Shown in pieces: positions 27,510-37,940 of a stretch of 64,000 nt of DNA. Every line of letters begins with the position of its first letter. The first letter of the stretch is position 1. The stretch covers positions 192,001 through 256,000 of the forward strand of contig CAWFDF010000014.1 in NCBI GenBank assembly GCA_963814585.1, written 5' to 3'. The notes beneath the pieces are model-generated. The model saw only the letters and a program-made list of their open reading frames with translations, had not been told where the DNA came from and made no database searches. Both the position numbers and the translations under genes were made by a program. The stretch comes from an uncultured delta proteobacterium. Lineage in GTDB: Bacteria > Myxococcota > Myxococcia > Myxococcales > Anaeromyxobacteraceae.

Positions 27510-29285
27510 ATGAACCGCCCGCCCATCCACCGCTTCCCCGATCGCACCCTCCCCGCCCAGCTGCTCCGCACCGTCCAGCGCTTCGGAGAGAAGCCGTTCC
27601 TCCACTTCTTCGACCCGGCTCGCCCCGACGCGCCCCCGCGGCTCGTCACCTTCGCCGGCTTGCGCGAGCTGACGGCGCGCGCCGCGACGTTCCTGGTGGA
27701 GGCCAGCCTCGCCCCCGGCGACCGCGTCCTGCTGCTGGCCGAGAACGCGCCGGAGTGGGTGGCGGTGTCGCTGGCCACGCAGACGCTGCGCGCCGAGCCG
27801 GCCGGCCTGTTCTCGGTCCTCTCGACCGAGGCCTGCGCGTCGATCGCCCTCCGGGTGAGGCCTCGCGTGGTCTACGTCTCCACCGAGGCGCAGTGGCTCA
27901 AGCTGGCGCCGGCGGCGGCCCAGCTCATGGCGGCCGGGCTGCGCGCCGTGCTCTCGCACCAGCCGCTCCCGGCCGCCTCGCTGCCGGCCGGCCTGCGCGT
28001 GGCGACGGTGGCCGAGGCGCTGGGTGAGGGGGCCACCCCGCTGGCCGACTTCGACGCACGGGCCGCCGCGGTGAAGCAGGACGACCCCTTCCTCCTCCTC
28101 TTCACCAGCGGCACCACCGGCCGGCAGAAGGGGGTCAGGCTCTGCCAGCGCGCCATCACCACCGCCATCGAGAACGGCGCCGCCGGCTGCGAGACCACCG
28201 CCGACGACCTCGGCCTCCACCTCCTCCCCTTCGGCCACGTCGCCGGCCACGACCAGCTCTGCCTGGCGCTGGCGCAGGGACACGGCCTGGCGATGATCGC
28301 CCGCAAGGAGGACCTGGCCCGCGCCCTGGCGCTCTCGCCCACCTACGTCTTCTCGGTGCCGCTGGTCTACGAGCGGATCCGCGCCCAGGCCCTCTCGTCC
28401 ATCGGGAACATGCCGTCGCCGCTGCGCCGGCTCCTCACCGCCGGGCTGCAGGCGGGCGTGCGCGTGCGGGTGGACGGCTCGCGCTCCCCGCTCGATCGGC
28501 TGCTCGGCGCCATCGCCTCGGCCCTGGTGGGCGGCAAGGTGCGGCGCGGGCTGGGTGGCCGCGTGCGCGGGGTCTTCTCGGGAGGCGCCCCGGCGGCTGC
28601 GGCCCTCTTCCGCTTCTTCGAGGGCCTGGGCATCCCCTTCATCGAGCTCTACGGAATGACCGAGACGGCCGGGATGATCTCGCAGAACCCGTTCGGCGGC
28701 CCCCGCCGGGCCGGCTCGGTCGGCCTGATCTCCCCCGACCATGAGGCGCGCCTGGCCGAGGACGGCGAGCTGCAGGTGCGTGGCCCGCTGCTCCTCACCA
28801 GCTACCTCGAGCCGGAGGACAACGCCGGGGCCTTCACCGAGGACGGCTACTACCGGACCGGCGACATCGCCCGCCTCGACGCCGACGGCTCGCTCTGGAT
28901 CACCGGCCGCAAGAAGCACCTCCTGGTCCTCTCCACCGGCAAGAAGATCGCGCCCGAGCCGATCGAGCTGGCCATCGCCTCGACCCCGCCGTTCCAGGGA
29001 GCGGTGCTGCTCGGCGAGGGCCGGCCGTTCGTGGCCGCCGCGGTCTTCGTCGAGGCCGAGGTGCTGGCCCGGCTGGCGGCCACCGGACGGGAGTCGCCCG
29101 AGGCCCTGCTCTCCTCGCTGGACGCGGCGCTGGCCGGCTTCTCGGCCCACGAGAAGCCCAAGAAGCTGCTGGTGGTGGCGGGCGCGCCCACCGACTACCC
29201 GGAGCTGGTGACCCCGACGCTCAAGGTGAAGCGCGACGCCGCCGTCGCCTTCCTCGGCCCCCGCGTCGCGGCCCTCTACGCCTGA
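27510..29285 (+). CDS. Long-chain fatty acid--CoA ligase (AMP-binding)
   Basis: FTSGTTGRQKG, YGMTETAG, YYRTGDI, ITGRKK, TPTLKVKR. Confidence 0.85.
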   Translation: MNRPPIHRFPDRTLPAQLLRTVQRFGEKPFLHFFDPARPDAPPRLVTFAGLRELTARAATFLVEASLAPGDRVLLLAENAPEWVAVSLATQTLRAEPAGLFSVLSTEACASIALRVRPRVVYVSTEAQWLKLAPAAAQLMAAGLRAVLSHQPLPAASLPAGLRVATVAEALGEGATPLADFDARAAAVKQDDPFLLLFTSGTTGRQKGVRLCQRAITTAIENGAAGCETTADDLGLHLLPFGHVAGHDQLCLALAQGHGLAMIARKEDLARALALSPTYVFSVPLVYERIRAQALSSIGNMPSPLRRLLTAGLQAGVRVRVDGSRSPLDRLLGAIASALVGGKVRRGLGGRVRGVFSGGAPAAAALFRFFEGLGIPFIELYGMTETAGMISQNPFGGPRRAGSVGLISPDHEARLAEDGELQVRGPLLLTSYLEPEDNAGAFTEDGYYRTGDIARLDADGSLWITGRKKHLLVLSTGKKIAPEPIELAIASTPPFQGAVLLGEGRPFVAAAVFVEAEVLARLAATGRESPEALLSSLDAALAGFSAHEKPKKLLVVAGAPTDYPELVTPTLKVKRDAAVAFLGPRVAALYA

Positions 29286-29911
29286 TCTCCGTGGCTGCCC
29301 CGGCGCGGCCTCCAGCCGGGCCGGTGGCGCGGGCTCCTGCGCGCGTCCGTGCTGCACTCCAGCTGCAGCTCGACCGCGCGGCGGAAGGCGGTACGCATGG
29401 GCGCGAAGCGGGCCGGATCCCCCTCCAACGCCGCCAGCGCCTCGGCCACCGCGTCGATGGTGGCGAGGTGGCCATCCACGGGCTCGCGCCGCAGGCCGCC
29501 GTAGCCGCTCGGCGCCACCGCCACCACGCCGATCCGCGGCAGCGCCGCGATGGCCGGGTTGGCGCGCAGCATCTTCGCGGCCTGCCGCCAGGTGCCGTCG
29601 ATGACCAGCAGGGACTCGGGAGGTGGACCGGCCAGCTGGTCGGCCGGGGTCGACCCCTCGCCGGGGAAGAGGAGCATGGTGCCGGGCGAGGCGCAGAGGG
29701 CCCGCACCCGGGGATGGTCGGCGAAGCAGAACCCCTGGAAGAGCTCCGAGCCGGCCAGCGCCACGTGGGTCAGCCAGGCCGAGCAGATGGCCAGCCGGGC
29801 CTCGCGCGGGTGCTGCAGGATCACCACCCGCGTTCGCGGCGCCAGCGTCGGCAGCTGGGCGCAGACGCAGAAGTCCTCCGGCCGGAGACAGCGGCGGCAC
29901 ACGGTGCGCAC
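29276..29911 (-). CDS. DTW-domain tRNA-uridine aminocarboxypropyltransferase (TapT-like)
   Basis: CRRC..P...CVC, ILQHPRE, IDGTWRQA, LAT.DA. Confidence 0.85.
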   Translation of the reverse strand: MRTVCRRCLRPEDFCVCAQLPTLAPRTRVVILQHPREARLAICSAWLTHVALAGSELFQGFCFADHPRVRALCASPGTMLLFPGEGSTPADQLAGPPPESLLVIDGTWRQAAKMLRANPAIAALPRIGVVAVAPSGYGGLRREPVDGHLATIDAVAEALAALEGDPARFAPMRTAFRRAVELQLECSTDARRSPRHRPGWRPRRGSHGDQA

Positions 29912-29920
29912 GGCGGCCGC

Positions 29921-30364
29921 TCAGCGCTGGATCAGGAAGACGCCGGCCGCCAGCAGGGCCACCCCGGCCAGCCGCCCCGGGGTGACCTCCCGGGTGGCCA
30001 GGCCGAGCACGCCAGCGCCATCGAGCAGCAGGGCCGAGACCAGCTGGCCGGCCAGGATGACCGCCAGCGAGGTGGCCACGCCGAGGCGTGGCGTGAGCAC
30101 CACGGTGGCGTAGACGAAGAAGGCGCCGAGGGCGCCCCCGGTCCAGGTCCACCAGGGCGCCCGGGCCAGCTGGGCCGACGTGGGCAGCGCGGCCCGTTGC
30201 ACGACGAGGACCGCGGCCATGGCGACGAAGCCCACGCCGAAGTTGGCCAGGGTGGCCCACTCCGGGCGCCCCAGGTGCTGGCGAAGGGCCGAGTTGAGGC
30301 TGGCCTGGACCGGGATCCCGGAGCCGGCCACCAGGCCGAGCAGGACGAGCAGGAAGGTCTCCAT
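29921..30364 (-). CDS. DMT-family transporter (YdcZ-like)
   Basis: PVQASLN, PWWTWTGGALGA, PRLG, AGQL...LD..G. Confidence 0.85.
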   Translation of the reverse strand: METFLLVLLGLVAGSGIPVQASLNSALRQHLGRPEWATLANFGVGFVAMAAVLVVQRAALPTSAQLARAPWWTWTGGALGAFFVYATVVLTPRLGVATSLAVILAGQLVSALLLDGAGVLGLATREVTPGRLAGVALLAAGVFLIQR

Positions 30365-30498
30365 GCCGCCCTTCTACCCCACGTGGCGGCCCCGGGCACC
30401 CGGCCCGCACCCACCTGCGGAGAGCCGCCACTTTCACGGTGCGGATGTCAGGCCACTTGAGTAGGGTGCGCCGTCGCCCACTCCCAACCGAGGAACGC

Positions 30499-31281
30499 AT
30501 GCACCCTCATCACCCGAAGCCGTCCCCCGTCCGCCTGCTGGCCGCCCTCACGCTCGCCGCCCTGCTGGCGCCAGCCGCGGCCCAGGCCGAGTTCGGGACC
30601 ACCAACTTCCAGCTCCTGCAGGGGTACAGCTTCACCAAGGACGCCAACGATCCGAACAGCACCACCGACGAGAAGCTGACCACGCTGACCGTCAACCACT
30701 TCAGCACCTGGGCCTACGGCGACAACTTCGTCTTCGCCGACTTCGCCAAGGGCAAGGGGGTCAACTTCGGCGGCGACTCCAACGTCTACGCCGAGTGGCA
30801 CCCCCGCCTCTTCCTCAACAAGCTGGGCGCGCCCGCCGGCGGCTTCATCAAGAACTGGGGCATCGCCGGCGAGATGAACATGGGCGGCAACTTCTTCGCC
30901 TACCTGGGCGGCGCCACCGTCGACCTCGCCATCCCCGGCTTCCAGGTGGCGGGCCTCTCGGTCTTCTACCGCTACGACAAGTTCGCCTACAGCACCTGGC
31001 AGGTCAGCCCGTGGTGGGACGTGCCGTTCAAGATCGGCCCCACCAGCTGGGACTTCTCCGGCTTCGTCGACGTCACCACCAACAAGGACGGCGACATCGA
31101 CGTGATGACGCAGCCGCAGCTCCAGCTCGACCTCGGCGCCTTCGCCGGCGCCCCGGGCAAGATCTCCGCGGGCGTGGAGTGGTACCTGCACACCTTCACC
31201 GACTTCACCGGCAAGAGCCAGACGGTGTCGGCGCCCCAGATCATGGTCCAGTGGACGCCCTTCACGCAGTTCGTCCCCTAG
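30499..31281 (+). CDS. Tsx-like nucleoside-specific outer membrane channel
   Basis: Signal peptide (AQA), aromatic-rich beta strands, WAYGDNFVFADF and YAEWHPRL; lies directly upstream of the uracil permease. Confidence 0.7.
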   Translation: MHPHHPKPSPVRLLAALTLAALLAPAAAQAEFGTTNFQLLQGYSFTKDANDPNSTTDEKLTTLTVNHFSTWAYGDNFVFADFAKGKGVNFGGDSNVYAEWHPRLFLNKLGAPAGGFIKNWGIAGEMNMGGNFFAYLGGATVDLAIPGFQVAGLSVFYRYDKFAYSTWQVSPWWDVPFKIGPTSWDFSGFVDVTTNKDGDIDVMTQPQLQLDLGAFAGAPGKISAGVEWYLHTFTDFTGKSQTVSAPQIMVQWTPFTQFVP

Positions 31282-31372
31282 GTAGCCGTCACTCCCGGAC
31301 CTCCCGGGCGACCATCGGCCAGGCCGGTGGTCGCCTCTCCACCTCCACGCCTCGAGCCGTGAAGGACCGCCC

Positions 31373-32698
31373 ATGACCACGCCACGGACCATCCAGATCG
31401 AGGAGCGCGTCCCGCTCCTGCAGGCCTTCCCCCTGTCGCTCCAGCACCTCTTCGCCATGTTCGGCGCCACCGTGCTGGTGCCCTTGCTGGTAGGCCTGCA
31501 CCCCTCGGTGACGCTCTTCACCAGCGGCGTCGGCACCCTGCTCTACATCCTCATCACCAAGGGGAAGATCCCCGCCTACCTGGGCTCCTCCTTCGCCTTC
31601 ATCGCCGCCATCGCCTCCATCACCCACGCCTCCTTCGGCGTGCCGTCGAGCGACGAGGCCATCGCCCTGGCCATGGGCGGCTGCGTGGTGGTCGGGCTGA
31701 TCTACGTGGCGGTGGCCGCCGCCATCGGCGCCTTCGGCTCGGGCTGGATCAACAGGCTCCTGCCGCCGGTGGTCATCGGCCCGGTGGTCATGGTCATCGG
31801 CCTCGGCCTGGCCCAGGTGGCCGTGGCCATGGCCACCACCGGCAGCGGCGTCCCGTCCAACGTGTTCAAGCCCGAGCTCTTCCGCGGCGACTACTTCGCC
31901 GTGGCCATGGCGGCGCTGGTGATCGCCATCCTGGCGGCCCAGTTCCTCAAGGGCTTCCTCGGCGTCATCCCCGTCCTGATCGGCGTCATCGGCGGCTACA
32001 TCGTGGCGGCCCTGGCCGGGCAGGTGAAGTTCGACGCCGTGGCCTCGGCCGGCGTCTTCGCCGTCCCGCACTTCGTGCTGCCCCGCTTCGACCTCGGGGC
32101 CATCATCCTGCTCGCCCCCATCTCGCTGGTGGTGATCACCGAGCACATCGGCCACCTCATCGTCACCAACAACGTGGTGGGACGCGACCTGGTCAAGGAC
32201 CCGGGCCTGCACCGCTCGCTGGCCGGCGACGGCGTGGCCACCATGTTCTCCGGCCTGCTGGGCGGCCCGCCCAACACCACCTACGGCGAGAACATCGGCG
32301 TCATGGCGGTGACCCGGGTCTTCTCGGTCTGGGTCATCGGGGGCGCGGCCGTCATGGCCATCGCCATGTCCTTCCTCCCCAAGGTGGGCGCCCTCATCGG
32401 CTCGATCCCGGTCCACGTCATGGGCGGCATCTGCATCCTGCTCTTCGGGATCATCGCCTCGGCCGGCGTCCGCATGATGGTCGAGGACAAGACCGACTTC
32501 TCGCAGAAGCGGAACCTGATCATCGCCTCGGTCATCCTGGTGATCGGCATCGGCGGCGCCAAGATCCACATCGGCGGTACCGAGATCGGCGAGATGTCGC
32601 TGGCCACCTACGTGGGCGTGCTGCTCAACCTGATCCTGCCCAGGCACGCCCCGGCCGACGGCACCGCGGTGGTGGCGGCGACGCAGCCGGACGCTTGA
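31373..32698 (+). CDS. uraA: Uracil permease (NCS2/NAT family)
   Basis: SLQHLFAMFGATVLVP, YLGSSFAFI, EHIGH, GGPPNTTYGENIGV. Confidence 0.9.
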   Translation: MTTPRTIQIEERVPLLQAFPLSLQHLFAMFGATVLVPLLVGLHPSVTLFTSGVGTLLYILITKGKIPAYLGSSFAFIAAIASITHASFGVPSSDEAIALAMGGCVVVGLIYVAVAAAIGAFGSGWINRLLPPVVIGPVVMVIGLGLAQVAVAMATTGSGVPSNVFKPELFRGDYFAVAMAALVIAILAAQFLKGFLGVIPVLIGVIGGYIVAALAGQVKFDAVASAGVFAVPHFVLPRFDLGAIILLAPISLVVITEHIGHLIVTNNVVGRDLVKDPGLHRSLAGDGVATMFSGLLGGPPNTTYGENIGVMAVTRVFSVWVIGGAAVMAIAMSFLPKVGALIGSIPVHVMGGICILLFGIIASAGVRMMVEDKTDFSQKRNLIIASVILVIGIGGAKIHIGGTEIGEMSLATYVGVLLNLILPRHAPADGTAVVAATQPDA

Positions 32699-32734
32699 TC
32701 GTGCTGGCGCCACCAGAAGCCGTCGCCGTCGCGA

Positions 32735-33550
32735 TCAGACGAATGCGTTGTTCATGATCTCCCCGAAGCCGCCGCCGCCGGGGACGATGTACTGGTGGTC
32801 GTCGAGGCCGCGCTCCTCGGCCCAGCGGGACCCAGGGACGGTGTCGAGGACGTCGGGGGCGGAGAGGCCCCGGTCGACGCGCAGGGCGTAGACCAGCACG
32901 TCCGGGTGGGCGGTGGTCATGGTCTTCAGGTACTCCGGCGTGACGATCAGGTGGATGTTGATGATCCGCCTGGGCGTTCCCGGAACCTTCCTCTTGTAGG
33001 TGTCGATGGCGGTGGCCAGCGAGCCGCCGGTGGCGCCCATGGGGTCGGGGAAGAGCAGGTAGGCGTGGTCGACGTCGCCACCGATCTTCATGCCGCCGAT
33101 GCCGGCGCCGACCACCTGGTCGTGGTCGCCCAGCATGCGGCTCATGATGATGTGGTCCTGCCGGACCAGGATGGGGTCGAGCGTCTCGTTGAGGAGGTCG
33201 TAGGCCACCTGCGACGGCACGGCGCCGGCGCGGGCGATGTTGACCGTGACCACCCGGACCTGCCGATCCACCACCTCCCCCTCGAAGATGGCGCGGGGCG
33301 ACGAGTCGATCATGCGCGTCGGCACCGAGACGCGGCGGCGCGGGAACTCGGCGGCGATGACGGTCCGCACCAGGTCCTCGTAGAGGATCCGGACCAGCCG
33401 GTTGATGTTCGGCTGCACCGTCTCCTTGGCGCACAGGGTGGCGAGGTGGCCGAGCAGGAACGGGTTGGCCAGGATGCGGACGTTGGGGCCGTACCGGTGC
33501 TCGATCTGGCTCGGACGATACGGGCTGGTGACGTAGGCGCAGTCTCGCAT
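32735..33550 (-). CDS. upp: Uracil phosphoribosyltransferase (long variant)
   Basis: IARAG, DPMGATGGS PRPP motif, YIVPGGGGFG uracil-binding tail; ATG 33550. Confidence 0.85.
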   Translation of the reverse strand: MRDCAYVTSPYRPSQIEHRYGPNVRILANPFLLGHLATLCAKETVQPNINRLVRILYEDLVRTVIAAEFPRRRVSVPTRMIDSSPRAIFEGEVVDRQVRVVTVNIARAGAVPSQVAYDLLNETLDPILVRQDHIIMSRMLGDHDQVVGAGIGGMKIGGDVDHAYLLFPDPMGATGGSLATAIDTYKRKVPGTPRRIINIHLIVTPEYLKTMTTAHPDVLVYALRVDRGLSAPDVLDTVPGSRWAEERGLDDHQYIVPGGGGFGEIMNNAFV

Positions 33551-33565
33551 GGCCGGAGCATACCC

Positions 33566-33604
33566 CCGGGACGGCCGACCTGGCCCTTCCGGGACGGCCG
33601 ACCT
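33566..33604. repeat. 16-bp direct repeat upstream of upp
   Basis: CCGGGACGGCCGACCT at 33566 and 33589 (23-bp period). Confidence 0.7.
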
Positions 33605-33794
33605 TCCCCGCCACGATCGCTCCGGGTGCCGTACAGTTGGCCCGGACAACAACCCGGGGCCCGCTCACGGGCCCGTGGAGCTTCGGATGACCGAGTCGGC
33701 CCGGCAGGCGCCGGTGGGGGAGCGGGCCACGCCCCCCATGCGGCGGCACGTCCACCCGCTGCCGGCGGCGGTCCTCGGCCTCACCCGCTGGACC

Positions 33795-33973
33795 AGTGCC
33801 GCGCCCCAGGCAAGGTGACGTGACGAGAGAGCCGAGACCGAAGCGAGGCTGGCGCCCGAGGAGGGAGCAGCGGAAGCGTAGCAGCGCTACACTGAGCAGC
33901 GGACCGACGAGGCCGCCTGCCGCAGCGAGAGGATCGGCTCTCGCAGTAGGCATCTTGCCTGGGGCGCGGCACT
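33795..33973. mobile_element. MITE-like non-autonomous element, full copy, 20-bp perfect terminal inverted repeats
   Basis: AGTGCCGCGCCCCAGGCAAG (33795-33814) and CTTGCCTGGGGCGCGGCACT (33954-33973); two internal hairpins; second copy at 20.6 kb. Confidence 0.8.
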
Positions 33974-33984
33974 AGGAGCGAACC

Positions 33985-34407
33985 ATGGCCAACGACTGCC
34001 CCTTCTGCCTGATCATCGCCGGGAAGATCCCGGCCGCGTCCGTCCACGAGAGCGCCGGCACCATCGCCATCCTCGACATCATGCAGGCCTCGCGCGGCCA
34101 CACGCTGGTGATCCCGAAGCTCCACGCGCCGACGCTGCAGGACCTCCCGGACGAGGCCGCCGCCGAGCTCTTCCGGACCGTGAAGGTGGTCATGGGCAAG
34201 CTCGACCGGGCCCTCTCGCCGCAGGGCTTCAACGTCGGCTGGAACCATGGCCTGGCGGCCGGCCAGCACGTCTTCCACCTCCACGTCCACGTCCTGCCGC
34301 GCTTCGAGCCGGGGGGCGCGGGGGTGCAGGCGCTCGGCATCAGCGATGGCGACGGCGGCGATCGGACGCGCCTGGCGGCGCTGGCCGAGACCATCCGGGG
34401 CGCCTGA
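33985..34407 (+). CDS. HIT-family nucleotide hydrolase (Hint-like)
   Basis: CPFCLII, GHTLVIPK, AGQHVFHLHVHVLPR; AGGAG RBS. Confidence 0.9.
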   Translation: MANDCPFCLIIAGKIPAASVHESAGTIAILDIMQASRGHTLVIPKLHAPTLQDLPDEAAAELFRTVKVVMGKLDRALSPQGFNVGWNHGLAAGQHVFHLHVHVLPRFEPGGAGVQALGISDGDGGDRTRLAALAETIRGA

Positions 34408-34424
34408 GGCGGGGTGGCCTGGGG

Positions 34425-35597
34425 TCACCGCGCCCGGACGCGGACGCCGTCCGCCACCCGGTCGCCAGGGTGGGACACCACCCGCACCCCTGGCTCCAGG
34501 CCGCTGGCCAGCGCCGCCAGGCCCCCGGAACGACCGGCCACCTCCACCCGGGCGAGCCGGGCCCGTCCGCCTTCCATCAGGAACAGGGCGTCGCCGGCGG
34601 CGGTGCGGAACAGGGCGCTGGCCGGCACCCGGACCGCGTCGGCGTGCTCGCGCACCACCACCGCCACGTCGGCGGCGTAGCCGTCGCCGAGCGCCTCCCA
34701 CCCCGGCCCGCGCGGGTCGAGCAGGACCTTCACGCGCTGCTCCTCGACGCCGAGCGGGGAGACCTTGGTGAAGGCCCCGGGCTCGACCAGCCGGACCCGG
34801 GCCTCCAGCACCGCGCCCTGCCCCCAGCCGGTGAGGCGCGCCACCTGGCCCGGGCGGACCCGGACCGCGTCGGCGGTGGGCAGCTCCACCACCACCTCCA
34901 GGGCCGTGAGGTCACCCACCTCGAGGAGCGGCGTCCCCGCCGCCACCGGGCCACCGCTCTCGCGCGGCACCCGCAGCACCGTCCCACCGCCCGGGGACCG
35001 GACCAGGACCGTGCCTCCTCCCGGACCTCCAGGCTCCAGGGCCGCCCGCGCCGCCGCCACCTCGGCGCCGGCCCGTCGCAGGGCAGCCTCGCCCATCCGC
35101 GTCTCCTCGGCGCGGGCCCGGGCCGCCGCCTCCGCCGACTCCACCTCCGCCGCCGCGATCAATCCCTCCCGGGCCACCTCCCGGGCGCGCGCCAGGTCGC
35201 GCTCCGCCTGGCCCGCCGCCACCCGGGCCCGCGACAGCGCCGCCGCCGACTCGGCCTCGGCCCCCTGCGCTGCCGCCAGCCGAGCCGTCGCCTCGCTCCG
35301 GGTCCGCGGATCGAGCGGCGGTGCGGCCGGCGCCGCCACCCGGGCCACCACCTGCCCGGCCCGCACCTGGTCTCCGGGGTGGACGGTCACGCGCAGCAGC
35401 TCGCCGGCCACGGGCGCGGCCACCTCGAGCCGCTCGCGCACCCGCGTGGTGCCGGTCCCCTCCACCACCTCGGAGAGCGGTCCGCGGTCAGACACCGCCG
35501 TCTCCACCTCCACCGGGGCCGGACGCAGCGCCAGCGCGGCCAGGAGGGCGACGACGATGACGATGGCGGCGATGACGAGGCGGCGGATCATGGTCAC
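34425..35597 (-). CDS. HlyD-family efflux adaptor of an ABC exporter
   Basis: N-terminal TM, VAAPVAG, VRSPGGG, AFTKVSPLGVEEQRV. Confidence 0.85.
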   Translation of the reverse strand: MTMIRRLVIAAIVIVVALLAALALRPAPVEVETAVSDRGPLSEVVEGTGTTRVRERLEVAAPVAGELLRVTVHPGDQVRAGQVVARVAAPAAPPLDPRTRSEATARLAAAQGAEAESAAALSRARVAAGQAERDLARAREVAREGLIAAAEVESAEAAARARAEETRMGEAALRRAGAEVAAARAALEPGGPGGGTVLVRSPGGGTVLRVPRESGGPVAAGTPLLEVGDLTALEVVVELPTADAVRVRPGQVARLTGWGQGAVLEARVRLVEPGAFTKVSPLGVEEQRVKVLLDPRGPGWEALGDGYAADVAVVVREHADAVRVPASALFRTAAGDALFLMEGGRARLARVEVAGRSGGLAALASGLEPGVRVVSHPGDRVADGVRVRAR

Positions 35598-37940
35598 TCT
35601 CCTGGGGCCAGGGCGCGGGGCAGGTCGAGGCGGGCCAGCCAGCGGCGGGCGAGCAGCGAGGTGGCCAGCGCGGTCGACAGGATCACGCCGGCGGCGAAGA
35701 CCCAGGTGGAGTGCTCCACCACCACCGGGAGCCGGAACAGGTCGGAGGAGAAGGTCACCGCCGAGAGGACCGCCAGGCCAAGCCCGCCCAGGGCGCCGAG
35801 CGGCAGCGCGACCACCACCTGCGCCGCGACCTCACCGAGCAGCACCCGCCAGGTCTCGCCGCGGGTGAAGCCGATGACCCGCAGGGTGGCCAGCTCCCGC
35901 TCCCGCTCGGCGTAGCTGGTCCGGATGGCGCTGTAGACCACGCCGCCGGCGATGGCCGAGGCGAAGAGGACCAGCACGGCGGCGTAGCCGGTGATGACGT
36001 CGCCGAACGAGGTGCGGAAGCTCTCCACGGCGTCGGCCCGCCAGGAGGCGGCCACCACCAGCGGGCGGGCCGCCAGGGCCCGCGCCACCGCCGGCCTGGC
36101 CTGGGGATCGACGGCGAGGTTGGCGCCGGCCACCAGCCCGGTGTCGCCGGCCAGGCGGGCCAGCGTGGCCAGCGAGCAGGTGGCGGTGAGCCCGAGCATG
36201 TCGTCCACGGTCCCCGCCACGCGCAGCGCCCCGCGACGACGCAGGCCGTCGAGCAGCTCCACCTGCACCTCGTCGCCGGCCCGAACCTCGAGGAGGTCGG
36301 CCAGCCGCCGGGAGAGCAGCACCCCGTGCTCGGGGACGGCGGTAGGCCGCCCGTCGGCGGCGACGACCCGGAGCAGCTCGCCACCCGGAGGCGTCCCGGT
36401 GAGCGCCAGCGTCTGCCGGCGCGAGCCGTGACGCAGGACGGCCGGGGCGCCTCGCCAGGGCTCGGTGGCGGTGACGCCCGGCAGCCGGGCCAGCTCGGCC
36501 ACCGCACCCGGGACCACCGGGCGCGCGAAGGCCACGGTGGCGTCGGCGCGCAGCGCCCGCTCAAAGGTGACGTGCATCATCAGGTCGATGGCGTCGTCGA
36601 AGTAGGCGCCGGTGACCAGGACGGCGGTGGCGGCGGCCAGGCCGAAGGTGCCGAGCACGGCCCGCACCGGGCGGCGCTCCAGGTTGCGCAGGGCCATGCG
36701 GCCGGCCGGCGAGATGGCCCGGCCCAGGCCGGCCCTCTCCAGCAGCGTCCGGCGGAAGTGGCCGGGAGCGGGCGGGCGCATGGCCTCGGCGGGCGGCAGC
36801 CGTACCACCTGCTGGACCGCCCCGGCGGCACCGAGGAGTGCCGCGCCCAGCGCGAGGCCGGCGCCCCTCAACACCGAGCCGGCGTCGGTGGCGTAGGCCA
36901 GGACCGGGAAGCGGTAGAAGTCGGCGTAGGTGCGGGCCATGGAGCGGCCGAAGAGGTCGCCCAGCCCCACCCCCACCACCACCCCGGCCCCGGTCACGAC
37001 CAGCGCGAAGGCCGCGTAGTGGAGCGCCAGCGTCCGGTTGCTGTAGCCCAGCGCCTTGAGCGTGCCGATCTGGAGCCGCTGGGCCTGGACCAGCCGGGAC
37101 AGGGTCACCGAGACCAGGAAGGCGGCCACCCCGAGGAAGATGGCGGGCAGCACGGTGGCCATGGCGTCGAGCTGCCGGATCTCGTCGGTGAGGAAGCGGT
37201 GGGAGACCAGCCGGTCGCGCGCCTGGGCGCCCAGCGCCCCGTACCGCCCCAGCACGCGGTCCAGCCCGTCGACGGCGTCCCCGGGCGAGGCCCCCGGGGC
37301 GAGCCGCACCGAGACCGAGTTGAACGCCCCTTGCAGGTCGAGCGCGGCCGCCAGCTCGGCGCGTGGCAGCCAGAGGACGCCGTAGGCGCGGTCGTCGGGG
37401 AAGAGGCTGCCCGGCGCCATGGCGTAGATGAACTCAGGCGAGAGGGCCAGCCCGGAGATGGTCACCGGCTCGCGGCGACCGTTCACGGTGAGCGTGAGGC
37501 GGTCGCCGGGCACCAGCCGGTTGGCCTCGGCGAAGGCCTCGGAGACGGCCACCTCGCCGGGGCCGGGCAGCCGCCCGGACCGCAGGTGGAGCCGGTTGAG
37601 CCGGCCCCCACCCGGTCCCAGCGAGAGCAGCCGGGCCCGCGCCGTGCCGCGGACGTGCTCCACCCGGGCGTCCCCCACCACCCGCGTCTCGACCTCGGCC
37701 ACGCCGGGCAGCGCCGCCAGCCGCGAGGCCACCAGCTCGGGCGCCCGCACCGCCTCGGCGAAGACGTCGGCCAGCGCCTCGGCCACGTAGTAGTCGTCGC
37801 GGCTGGCCAGCAGCGTCCCCTGGGTGGCCGTGGCCGAGACCGAGGCAGCCACCGAGCAGGCCACCACCACCGCCACCGCCACCGCCTGGCCGCGGGCGTG
37901 CCAGGAGATCGCGCCGCAGCTTGGTGCCGAGGGCGCTCAC
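35594..37940 (-). CDS. ABC transporter permease (FtsX/MacB-like); +1 frameshift near 37904
   Basis: [11 protein letters not shown] and [12 protein letters not shown]tsX motifs. Removing one base restores [22 protein letters not shown] from GTG 37940, which overlaps the ATPase stop. Confidence 0.85.
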
